Below, piece after piece: positions 40,189 through 49,052 of a DNA stretch of 64,000 bases (the first letter of the stretch is position 1; the number at the start of each line of letters is the position of its first letter). Below the pieces are notes generated by a model. The model was not told the origin of the DNA, ran no database searches, and saw nothing but the letters and a program-made list of their open reading frames with translations. Source of the DNA: a virus; the IMG/VR virus record IMGVR_UViG_3300027932_000001, positions 105 to 64,104 of that record. One strand, given 5' to 3'. Position numbers and translations under genes: made by a program.

Positions 40189-41775
40189 TTAAACCCACCT
40201 ACTGTCCAGGCTTTGCCGTTGCTCTTTTTGAATCTCTTCGATCACCTCAACCTTGACGTTTGGTAAATTCTTTAGCTGTTCTACTAACTTCTTTTCTTCT
40301 TCAAGTCTCTTTTTCACGTCTACTTTGCTCTTAACTTCTTTAGCAATACTTGCTATATCATCAGCCATAAGTTTCCTTCTCTCCAAGAAAGCCCTCAACT
40401 TTGCGTCGTTTACAATCTTTTCAATCTCATTCGGTCTTAGCCCTATCATCAACTTTGCTATTTCTTTATAATCGATATTCTCTCTATGCTTTATCGGTCT
40501 TACTCTTTCTACGTGGATTTTTACTATTTCTGCAATATCGTCTATGCTTGTCGGTGTTAATACTGGGAATAAGTCGTCAAATCTACCAGGTCTTAAGAAA
40601 GCCTCATCAATATCAGAGGCTCTGTTAGTCGTTCCGACGACGATAGCACTTTCCTGACTTGTCATCCATGACAATAGAATGTTTTTTACGCTTCTGTAAA
40701 CTTCATGTTCACCTTCGCTCCTTTTCGTTGCTATCGCATCAAATTCGTCAAAGAAGATTACAGCGTTAGCTATTTCAGCATACTTAAGTAGCGTCTTTGT
40801 TTTCTGCTCACTTTCGCCAACCCATTTACTTAGAAAGTCACCCAAGTCTACTTTGATCATTGGACGAGACAGTGTACCAGCTAACGCCGTGGCAAACCAC
40901 GTTTTTCCAGTACCTGGTGCACCGAATAGTAATATTCCCTTAGGTGGTCTTACACCGTAATCTTTAGCCAACTCCCTATTTTGCCATATCGCAATCCAGT
41001 AATCGTTTATATACTTCTTTAAGAATTTCATCCCACCAACGTCCTCCATTGTGATAGTTGGAGTTATCAATTCCACTCCTAGTTTTCTGAAGAACTCCCT
41101 TTTCTCGTTCATTATTGTTTGCTCATCAAACTCTATACCTTTTGGCGTTACTCTCTTTGATAAGTTTATGACGCCTTGTGCTTCCCATAGCGTCAGCCCC
41201 TTTATGACATCAACCGATGGTAATTTTACTGGTAATCCGTAGGATTTTTCGTAACTCTGTTTCGCCATATCAAGAAGTTGTTGATAATCCTGCTCTGAAG
41301 GCACTGGTTCTATTGTTGGAATGTCGGTGAACTTCCAATAGTAATTATTGCTTATTATCAATATTGGGAATCTTGGTTTTGATGCGTACAACTCAGTATC
41401 CGTATGCAATGCAATTATAACATTTTCAATTGCTTCTGCTTGCTTTGAGTTAATTATATACCTCACAATTACAGGTCTCGAAGTCGCTAACTGTTTTATT
41501 GCTTCGTATAGATTGTTAGCATCGATCGTTTGCAATGTCGCCTTGCCATTCTCATCGTAACTAATATACTGGAACGTTGTTGGAGCTGGAGGGTAACGCT
41601 GTATGTCAAATACAGCTGGCGGTGCTATTGCGACGCTATGAAATTGCGTTAGATCTAATTGTAATAATTGAATATTAACTTCAAAGAGCCTTGCTAGGTC
41701 ATCAGTTATAACAATGCCCAAATTACTGACCTTACTGTCAATTTTTTTAACAATTTCTTCTAACCAAAACGCCAT
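40189..41775 (-). CDS. Ycf46-like AAA+ ATPase
   Basis: EDVGGMKFLK, GILLFGAPGTGKT, SKWVGESE, IFFDEFD, FLRPGRFD. Confidence 0.85.
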   Translation of the reverse strand: MAFWLEEIVKKIDSKVSNLGIVITDDLARLFEVNIQLLQLDLTQFHSVAIAPPAVFDIQRYPPAPTTFQYISYDENGKATLQTIDANNLYEAIKQLATSRPVIVRYIINSKQAEAIENVIIALHTDTELYASKPRFPILIISNNYYWKFTDIPTIEPVPSEQDYQQLLDMAKQSYEKSYGLPVKLPSVDVIKGLTLWEAQGVINLSKRVTPKGIEFDEQTIMNEKREFFRKLGVELITPTITMEDVGGMKFLKKYINDYWIAIWQNRELAKDYGVRPPKGILLFGAPGTGKTWFATALAGTLSRPMIKVDLGDFLSKWVGESEQKTKTLLKYAEIANAVIFFDEFDAIATKRSEGEHEVYRSVKNILLSWMTSQESAIVVGTTNRASDIDEAFLRPGRFDDLFPVLTPTSIDDIAEIVKIHVERVRPIKHRENIDYKEIAKLMIGLRPNEIEKIVNDAKLRAFLERRKLMADDIASIAKEVKSKVDVKKRLEEEKKLVEQLKNLPNVKVEVIEEIQKEQRQSLDSRWV

Positions 41776-41802
41776 ACTTTTCCCCGCTTTTTAAAAAGAA
41801 TA

Positions 41803-42597
41803 TTAAGTTGGGAATAATTCAGCAATAACCTTTTGAATGATATCTTCGGAATAGCCGTTTAATTTTAACATTTTCTCTGCGTAACTTTTATCTCTAGATA
41901 TAGACTTTAATAATTGTAGTGAAACACCATATCTTATACTAATGTCCTTGAGCTTTCTAATATCAATTCCATTATTAGAAGATTTTATCCAAGGATATTT
42001 CCACCAGTCTTTATCATCGTTATATTTCTGCAATAGCTCTTGCGGTACGCTGACGTATCTAGATTGCATTTTAAGGTAATGAGCAAGCCATGAAGATGGC
42101 ACCTCGCCATTAGTAGGTAGATAATTGCTAATTACTACTTTATAATAATAGGAATATTTATCAATGGCAAAAAGATAGCTGTCGAAATAGCTGTTACTAA
42201 AGAAATTAACTAACGTGAATTTTTTGAAAGGAATATTGATATTTGCAATAGCGTTAAGGAATTGTGCTGGCGTTATTAATGTCACATCATTATGAAAACT
42301 TCCGTCATAAATTTTGTGCTGAATCTTATTCGCTTTTAATGAAAGAATTACAACTTCGAATTGCTTCGTTGTAGCAACCACTAAGAAAGGCGTAAAACCC
42401 TCTATTTTTCCGATAAACGTGATGACACTGATAAACCTACTAGAAATAATCTGATTAGCGTCTAATCCTAGTACGTCACATAATTTCGCTAAATCGTCCG
42501 CAGATAGTATGTTTAATGAATATAACATCCTTAATGATGCAACTAAAGGATTTTCTGAAACGTCAAACCTTGCGATAATTTCACTCATTTTTATCAC
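41803..42597 (-). CDS. Hypothetical protein
   Basis: 264 aa. Confidence 0.65.
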   Translation of the reverse strand: MIKMSEIIARFDVSENPLVASLRMLYSLNILSADDLAKLCDVLGLDANQIISSRFISVITFIGKIEGFTPFLVVATTKQFEVVILSLKANKIQHKIYDGSFHNDVTLITPAQFLNAIANINIPFKKFTLVNFFSNSYFDSYLFAIDKYSYYYKVVISNYLPTNGEVPSSWLAHYLKMQSRYVSVPQELLQKYNDDKDWWKYPWIKSSNNGIDIRKLKDISIRYGVSLQLLKSISRDKSYAEKMLKLNGYSEDIIQKVIAELFPT

Positions 42598-42601
42598 CTT
42601 A

Positions 42602-43108
42602 TCATATAATTATAAACTTCCTTTTCTGTACGTTGAAAATCCATTTCTGTCCTAGCGATACTATACTTATTAGTGATAACAAATCAGACGGCATCCCTGA
42701 AACATGCATACTATATTGCTGGAATATCACTGAAAATCTTTTTAGAATACTGGCAAAATTAGTTGGCGTTATTTCGTCTGGAAGAATTATTAATTCTTTA
42801 TCGGTTGATGCAATAAAATCGACCACTTTTTTGGCAACTGAAAATCTTGGATTGCTGATAACACTTTCTGTTGTCGCTACATATCTAATGGAATTATTAA
42901 ATTGTTTAAATAATAAAATCGCTGAAATAGTCGCTTGAACCCCAAAAACTCCGATTACCCCTAATGGCTTTATTGGTATAGGTATTATTTGCTCGTAGTA
43001 GATAGGTGTATTTATCTCCTCAAAGTGATTCAAGATATAATTGATAGATATATCGTCTACCTTTGCTGAATAAAGATCACTTAAATCCAAATTAACTTGT
43101 GCGGACAT
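42602..43108 (-). CDS. Hypothetical protein
   Basis: 168 aa; MITE inserted just upstream of its RBS. Confidence 0.65.
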   Translation of the reverse strand: MSAQVNLDLSDLYSAKVDDISINYILNHFEEINTPIYYEQIIPIPIKPLGVIGVFGVQATISAILLFKQFNNSIRYVATTESVISNPRFSVAKKVVDFIASTDKELIILPDEITPTNFASILKRFSVIFQQYSMHVSGMPSDLLSLISIVSLGQKWIFNVQKRKFIII

Positions 43109-43120
43109 GGGAATCCCCGA

Positions 43121-43443
43121 GTGAACTACCCCGCCCTAACGGACGGGGCATCCCCATCTCGCGATGAGGATTTCCTGCTTCTCAGAGCGACCTCGATCCC
43201 CCTTCACCCACAGCGGAGGTTCCATCGAACGGAACCGTTCTGTAATGCCCCGTGTGGAAGAGGGGTTACGGAGGGTCACTCTCCACAGGCGTAAGTTCCC
43301 CCAGTCCCGAGGGTACGACCTCAGCTCTTACAGCCAGAGGTCTGTGTACATCTATTTTTTGATAACTATAAAAGGTTTCTGTAAGGGGGCTATCCATCCC
43401 CCATCTTACGGAGGGGGACTTCCGCCCCCTTAACCCCCAAAAG
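43121..43443 (-). mobile_element. 323-bp SMN1-like IS605 MITE, copy 2
   Basis: Reverse complement of 25363-25685; TTTAA target at 43444-43448. Confidence 0.85.
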
Positions 43444-43470
43444 TTAAAAACTGACCTCCTGAGAAAAAAT

Positions 43471-43698
43471 TTATGATTTAGGATAAAATAGTATTACAAG
43501 CTCTAGTAATTTAAAAGTCACATAAAAAATCAACATAGCCATAAAAATTACTACAAAAAGGATTAGATGCGTAACTAACGGAAAAAGGTGAAATGAAGAA
43601 AAAATAACATACAATGTGAAAGAAATATAAAAAGAATAAGCTATAATTTTTGTATATTTTACAATTAATTTGAGTTGGTTCGCTTTCTTCTCACGCAT
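43471..43698 (-). CDS. Small two-TM membrane protein
   Basis: 75 aa, hydrophobic. Confidence 0.55.
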   Translation of the reverse strand: MREKKANQLKLIVKYTKIIAYSFYISFTLYVIFSSFHLFPLVTHLILFVVIFMAMLIFYVTFKLLELVILFYPKS

Positions 43699-43726
43699 AA
43701 AGAACTCCCCGATTTAAAATATGAGG

Positions 43727-43921
43727 TTATCTTTCAATCAACATTTTGACATACTCGTCAAGCTTCTTAAAATAACTCTCAGCGTCATTGAACGTCATTT
43801 TTAATACATCGGTACCATCGGGAGCAATGATGTCTATCCTCTTTTTTTCGGGTATCGTGTACAATGTACCTAGTTCTAAACGACCGAGCTGACTCCTCCC
43901 CGTCCATAAAGTGATTGCCAT
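43727..43921 (-). CDS. Small hypothetical protein
   Basis: 64 aa. Confidence 0.55.
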   Translation of the reverse strand: MAITLWTGRSQLGRLELGTLYTIPEKKRIDIIAPDGTDVLKMTFNDAESYFKKLDEYVKMLIER

Positions 43922-43963
43922 TCTTTGTTATGAGGAAAAAGGACATAGACTTAAAATAATCTG

Positions 43964-44281
43964 TTATTTATGTTTAATATCTTTTTTAAGACGCTTGCCA
44001 ATAAGATATTCTACAGCTATTAGCACTATGCCCATAATTGTCATCAATATACTTGTGTGAACGATATCCATTAAGCAATTAAGTCGGTTGTTAAACCACA
44101 AGTGCATGGTTTCATTATAGCCTTGTCCTAGCCATAGTAACGCTGGATTTTGCGACGCATTTTCGTAGTATTTCGCCAGATTATAAGTGCATCTCCAACC
44201 GATGTAACTGATAATGGCTATAGTTATTCCAGTTACGATTAATAACACACCAATAACCACTAACGTTGTACTAAACTTCAT
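43964..44281 (-). CDS. Two-TM membrane protein
   Basis: Hydrophobic termini, CGGGG RBS motif. Confidence 0.6.
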   Translation of the reverse strand: MKFSTTLVVIGVLLIVTGITIAIISYIGWRCTYNLAKYYENASQNPALLWLGQGYNETMHLWFNNRLNCLMDIVHTSILMTIMGIVLIAVEYLIGKRLKKDIKHK

Positions 44282-44318
44282 TTTCGACCCCGATTTTTTA
44301 AAAAGAAAAGGAAGAAGA

Positions 44319-44777
44319 TTAACTTGAGTGCTGAATTATCCATTCATCTAAAACTTTTATCTCCTTTATTAGCTTTATACCTTCATACAACGTCACTCTG
44401 AATTTTTCCCCCTCTTTCGAGGGGGCTAATATCACTGCCCTGTTAGGATATTGTGACGCCTTCTGTTCTGCATCTTGTTTATTTTCAAAAACACCTAGCG
44501 ATTTCATTACAAATGTTATGAGCACTTTCTTGTTTTGCAATAATTGAATTTGTAGATTTATTGGCAAAACGCCAATTATAGCGTCATATGGTTGAATGAA
44601 TTGCTTAAGCTGATTCTGGTCAGTTGGAAGCTCTGGCTTTATGTCAATTTGATTGCATATACTTTCTACATCTTCCTGTTGTATTTGCGTAAGTTGATGT
44701 CTGCTTATCACTAAACATGAATTATATTTTTGAATTTTGTCTTGAACTTGTGATTTAACTTGCGGAACTTCTGCCAT
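44319..44777 (-). CDS. Csx16-like (putative ring-nuclease fold) protein
   Basis: LVISRHQLT...YDAIIGVLPINL resembles the Csx16 motifs SRH and D.ViGtLP. Confidence 0.45.
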   Translation of the reverse strand: MAEVPQVKSQVQDKIQKYNSCLVISRHQLTQIQQEDVESICNQIDIKPELPTDQNQLKQFIQPYDAIIGVLPINLQIQLLQNKKVLITFVMKSLGVFENKQDAEQKASQYPNRAVILAPSKEGEKFRVTLYEGIKLIKEIKVLDEWIIQHSS

Positions 44778-44812
44778 GGGGAAACCCCCGATTTAAAAAA
44801 GATTGAAAAATT

Positions 44813-45013
44813 CTAACTATACCTATTAATTGTCGTATCTTTTATTTTTATCACATCACCGCCTTCAGACTGGATAACCGAAACCCCTAAAAATTTCTTG
44901 CTGTATTCAATTAAAAAATAAACGCCTTTATGTCTTTTCATATATATTTCAGCCCTTTCAATCGATTTAAATTTTTTGACGTTCTGATTTTCATCTATTA
45001 ATAGACATACCAT
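44813..45013 (-). CDS. Small hypothetical protein (start MVCLLIDE)
   Basis: The 5-prime extension in the ORF track runs through GC-rich noncoding DNA. Confidence 0.55.
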   Translation of the reverse strand: MVCLLIDENQNVKKFKSIERAEIYMKRHKGVYFLIEYSKKFLGVSVIQSEGGDVIKIKDTTINRYS

Positions 45014-45049
45014 TACGAACCCCGAAAAAAAGAAAAGAAAATGACTTAA

Positions 45050-45605
45050 GATCCCCTCGGGTAGCCACCCCGCTCGGTCAGCCCTCTTCGGGCATACCGA
45101 GCCACCACGGGGAGCCTTAGGAGGGAGCCATCGGGGTGTGGCATCCCCTCCTGCATCACTCCCCTTCGGCTCAGGGCTTCGCCCAGCGGGATGGGGCATC
45201 CCGCTTCCCCCGTGGGCTCTTTTTGCCCACGGTTTCATCGAGCAGACCCCCGAGGGTTGGGGAGGTATTTGCATTGTCCCCCCTCCCCTGGGGCACTAGG
45301 GATGTTAGTTTTGCTGTGCCCTACCCCCCTTAGGCTTTTCGGGGGGTTAGGCTAAAGAAGTAAGCTTACCCCGTCCCCACCCCCGCACGGCAAGCGGGGG
45401 CTGGAAACGAAGTGCGGGGGTTGCGGGCAACCGTCCACCACAGCCGATGGGGCGGTGGGGGGGACGGTCACCCTACCCTCCCGCTCTTTGTCCTGGGGAC
45501 GCCACTCCCCAGGACAGCACATTGAGGGGTCTTACCGCCCTACCCCTCCAAGGGGGGCACGTAAAATTCCGCCCTAGGGGCGTGCCCTACCCCTAGGGGG
45601 TTTGT
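45050..45605. other. GC-rich, hairpin-rich noncoding region; candidate replication origin
   Basis: Strong GC excess, repeated (G/C)CCCTACCC motifs, palindromes, followed by an AT-rich tract at 45620-45790. Confidence 0.5.
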
Positions 45606-45795
45606 GGCTGTTATCTCCTTACATTTTCCAATTCACAATTATCTTATTTTCACAAGCCTTTAAAAAAGCATTGTCAAAGAAATTTAACAGAAAATTTTAA
45701 AAAGTAATTTTGACGTACTTTTTCACTTCAAAAGTAGCCTCAGATTTATGAATAAAAAAATATATTACTTTTAGCCAGGGTACGAAAAAGAGCAT

Positions 45796-45815
45796 GAAAA
45801 CACAGCTGTGATTAG
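45796..45815. promoter_or_regulatory. Dispersed palindrome copy 8
   Basis: gaaaacacagctgtgattag. Confidence 0.7.
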
Positions 45816-45827
45816 CAGGTAGAAAAA

Positions 45828-46604
45828 TTATTGACTTCCTGAAGTGGGGTTTGTCGTTTGTTTAAACAAACTTAATATATATCCTCTTTCACGCATGATT
45901 TGTCTAAGTTTCTCTTTAATTTCATGTATCTTCTCATCTGCAGGATCGCCGTACCATGCGAAACCACGCTCAAATCCAAATACATAGCATGCGACATGAT
46001 TTCCTCTTATAGTTAGCCTATAGAAAGGTACTCCTGGTATTTCTCTGAGTTCTTTCCCTTCACGAGTAACCGCAAACCCTCCTTCTTTTGGTATCTGTTT
46101 CACTAGCTCTTTAACGTCGTTATCTTCTGGTAAGTCTCCTTCCTTAATCTTAACTAAGAAATTATTGGAAACAGAGATATTAGGCGATATATACTTCCTT
46201 ATCGCTTCCGCTATAACGCTCGCAATGAAACGAATGATGCCAAAATCTGCAAAAAGTTGTGTTTCGTAACCTGGGTCTATAATATCGTAGTGTAATCGTA
46301 GTGTCGCACCTATTTTGTTTTCGTTATCTAAAACGTACTTTAGAATAATTATGCTTCCTTTTGCTTCAATCGTGAAGTTCTTGCTATTAAAAAGTTTATT
46401 AAACCGTTCTATATAACTCTTGGTATCTGTATAAAAGGTAATGACATCGTTATTGACTGCATACTTCTTCATGTAGTCTGCAAGGTCAGAGTTTACGAAA
46501 GTGTAGAACGCTTTCTTAATTTCCTCAGTAGAAGGTGTAGGGACTTCAAGTGTAGAGTCTCTTTGCATTCTGAGGGTTAAAATTACAATTATTTTTTCGT
46601 TCAT
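45828..46604 (-). CDS. Hypothetical protein
   Basis: 258 aa. Confidence 0.65.
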   Translation of the reverse strand: MNEKIIVILTLRMQRDSTLEVPTPSTEEIKKAFYTFVNSDLADYMKKYAVNNDVITFYTDTKSYIERFNKLFNSKNFTIEAKGSIIILKYVLDNENKIGATLRLHYDIIDPGYETQLFADFGIIRFIASVIAEAIRKYISPNISVSNNFLVKIKEGDLPEDNDVKELVKQIPKEGGFAVTREGKELREIPGVPFYRLTIRGNHVACYVFGFERGFAWYGDPADEKIHEIKEKLRQIMRERGYILSLFKQTTNPTSGSQ

Positions 46605-46758
46605 CTTTTTTCACCTGAGACCCCTTTCGTAAAGGCGGGAGTTAAGCATAGATATGAATCAAAGTTAAAAAAGATTGGGGATGTTTCACGCATAAGCGTG
46701 GGTATATTATCCACGCCTACTCCTCCTTTGAAGTTGTGGATATTAATTACCCTAGTCA

Positions 46759-48204
46759 TCACCACTTCCCCTCCAAAACCTCTTTGGGAAATACTTCCTC
46801 CCTAGAGAATAACCTGAAATAAGGCTTAACCATTTCATAGAATATCTCTTCTCTCTCCTTCTCGGATAGTCCTACTCTCTTTAGCAGTATATCAATTGTA
46901 TTATACCATAGTAGGGAAGCTTGCTTGTAGATTGACTCCATGTTACGCCATATTTCATAAACCTTTTCGGCGTCTTTCTCGGTAAGCTTTCCCTCGTCTA
47001 CTAACTTCTTAAACGAAGGCATTGCTTCATAAAGAGAATCTAAATCAGCTTTAGGAGTGTAAATTTCAATCCTAGTTGGAGGTGCTTCCTCATCTTTTTC
47101 GTTAAACTCCCCAGTTAACTGCTTTTCTTTCTCTTCCTCTATAGCCTTCTTCCACTCTCCTACAAAGTCGTATTCATCATTACTTTCGCTATCCTCTCTG
47201 TCAATAGTTTCAATCTCCTCTCCTCTGTCCTCCTCTCCTTCGTCTTCTTCCTCATCTTTTGCCCTGGGCTTACTACCTTTAGCTTTCTTTAGTTTCTCCT
47301 CTGTCTTGATTTTGTTGATAGCCTGGCTTACTGCCATTTTATGATCCAAAATTAGTTGAAGTAGATCGTCTCTCTCCAGGACTTTCCTACCGTCTTTATC
47401 GGTGACTAATTTAGATAGTTCTGGCTTAGGGATGCGTTTGTCCAGGTCTAGTAAGTTCTTTTCTTTTAATAATCGATAAATATCGTAAGCCTTTCTGATA
47501 CCTATTTTACCTTTCTTTTCGTCCCCGATATATTGAATTAACCATGGAGTTTCCTTCTTAACTTGAAGATACTGCCTAATGGTATCTTCATTTATCTGAA
47601 CGTCTGGTGCTAATCTTTTCAATTCCTCCTTTATCTCTCTAGATTCTTGTTTTGTTGAAATTTTATCAGTATCTACTGGTAAAATGCGATGAGGGGTCAT
47701 CGCATTTTGTTCATCTATATTATCTTTTTTCAGTCTCTTTTCTTCCTTTATCTCTCTAGATTCTTGTTTTGTTGAAATTTTATCAGTATCTACTGGTAAA
47801 ATTTGGGGAGCCCTCCCCAAATTTTGTTCATCTATATTATCTTTTTTCAGTCTCTTTTTCATTTCATGAATTTTATCAATTAGTAATACTAGTTCATCTT
47901 TAGTTAAGTGTCTCCTCTTTAAGTTCAGGCTTGCAATAATATCAAGTTCATCTTCTCTCCCGCTTGTCTCGTAGACCTCAACTGGGATTTCTGTTATTCC
48001 TAATTCTCTAGCAATTTTGAGTCTCGTATACCCGTCTAATAATTCTCCGTTCTTATTTACGATAACTGGAAATAGAAATCCCTGGTCTTTTATAGCCCTC
48101 TTTAATTCCTCATATTGGTTATTCTCTGGGATAAGGGATTTGTACTCCTCAACTTCCTTAATATCATTAATGTTTAATTTAGTCCTAACGATGAACCTAG
48201 CCAT
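46759..48204 (-). CDS. ParB-like protein with internal repeat and acidic linker
   Basis: LKRAIKDQGFLFPVIVNKNGELLDGYTRLKIARELG, LNLKRRHL. Confidence 0.85.
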   Translation of the reverse strand: MARFIVRTKLNINDIKEVEEYKSLIPENNQYEELKRAIKDQGFLFPVIVNKNGELLDGYTRLKIARELGITEIPVEVYETSGREDELDIIASLNLKRRHLTKDELVLLIDKIHEMKKRLKKDNIDEQNLGRAPQILPVDTDKISTKQESREIKEEKRLKKDNIDEQNAMTPHRILPVDTDKISTKQESREIKEELKRLAPDVQINEDTIRQYLQVKKETPWLIQYIGDEKKGKIGIRKAYDIYRLLKEKNLLDLDKRIPKPELSKLVTDKDGRKVLERDDLLQLILDHKMAVSQAINKIKTEEKLKKAKGSKPRAKDEEEDEGEEDRGEEIETIDREDSESNDEYDFVGEWKKAIEEEKEKQLTGEFNEKDEEAPPTRIEIYTPKADLDSLYEAMPSFKKLVDEGKLTEKDAEKVYEIWRNMESIYKQASLLWYNTIDILLKRVGLSEKEREEIFYEMVKPYFRLFSREEVFPKEVLEGKW

Positions 48205-48449
48205 TATGCAGACACCAGCTCCTTTAATTGTTTCAAATATTCCCTTCCTTTCTCCGTAATTCTGTACTTATCATTCCTTCCTTCTCCAACTTTTTGTATT
48301 AGCCCATCTAACTGCAACCTGGTTAATGCTCTCCATAGTTTGTTCCTGTCCAGCTTCGTTCTTTCCCTTAATTCTGTGAATGACTTTTCTCCTTTCTCTA
48401 TTTCCTTTAATACTTCTAAGTAATGTATAGGGTATAGATTTTTTGACAT
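48204..48449 (-). CDS. PadR/AspA-like winged-helix protein coupled to parB
   Basis: SFTELRERTKL...LTRLQLDGLIQK...YRITEKG; TAATG overlap with parB. Confidence 0.7.
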   Translation of the reverse strand: MSKNLYPIHYLEVLKEIEKGEKSFTELRERTKLDRNKLWRALTRLQLDGLIQKVGEGRNDKYRITEKGREYLKQLKELVSA

Positions 48450-48550
48450 CTCGATATTCGATACATTTTTGTTACTTATAAACTTATCTCTTTTTATCAA
48501 TTCGATATAGGAGACATAATATTAAAAGAGGACTTTTCAATAATCGAAAC

Positions 48551-48883
48551 ATGAGTAAAAAATTCGAAACTTATGCAGAGGAATTTTTCTCCGCTCATGA
48601 AAGAATGCTAATTGCGTTATGTGAAGAGGATGGAATAACGGTTAGGGAATTAATAAATAGGTCAAAAATCAGTTCTTCAGCTTATCGTTCTCCTTTAGAT
48701 TTCCTAATAAAGATAGGTTTAGTTAAAATAGAGAAAGGCGGAGAGAAGAAGATGATAGTTAAGCTAACCAATAACGGTAGAGAAATTTGTAAGAAGCTTC
48801 AGGAACTTTATGAGATATTGAAAAATATGAAACCTACAATAGAAATCTACCGTTTGTCCCTACACTTTCATTTCACTCATTAA
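48551..48883 (+). CDS. MarR-like winged-helix regulator
   Basis: ITVRELINRSKIS...LIKIGLVKIE...VKLTNNG; divergent from the previous gene. Confidence 0.7.
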   Translation: MSKKFETYAEEFFSAHERMLIALCEEDGITVRELINRSKISSSAYRSPLDFLIKIGLVKIEKGGEKKMIVKLTNNGREICKKLQELYEILKNMKPTIEIYRLSLHFHFTH

Positions 48884-49052
48884 TTCATGATCGAGTGTAG
48901 GGACTTAGTAGGTGGGGCATGAGACTCCAACGGCATAAGGCTCACATCTCTTCTCCCACATCGGCGTGAGAGATCATTATTTATCAACAAAAATTCGTTA
49001 TAAACAAACAAAAAGATTTCTATTAACGTGAAAGAGTATTCAGCCCAGAAAG

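Noticed and set aside
45014-45333. ORF 45136-45333 and the 5-prime extension of 44813-45274
   Set aside because: Pro/Gly/Arg-rich read-through of GC-rich noncoding DNA
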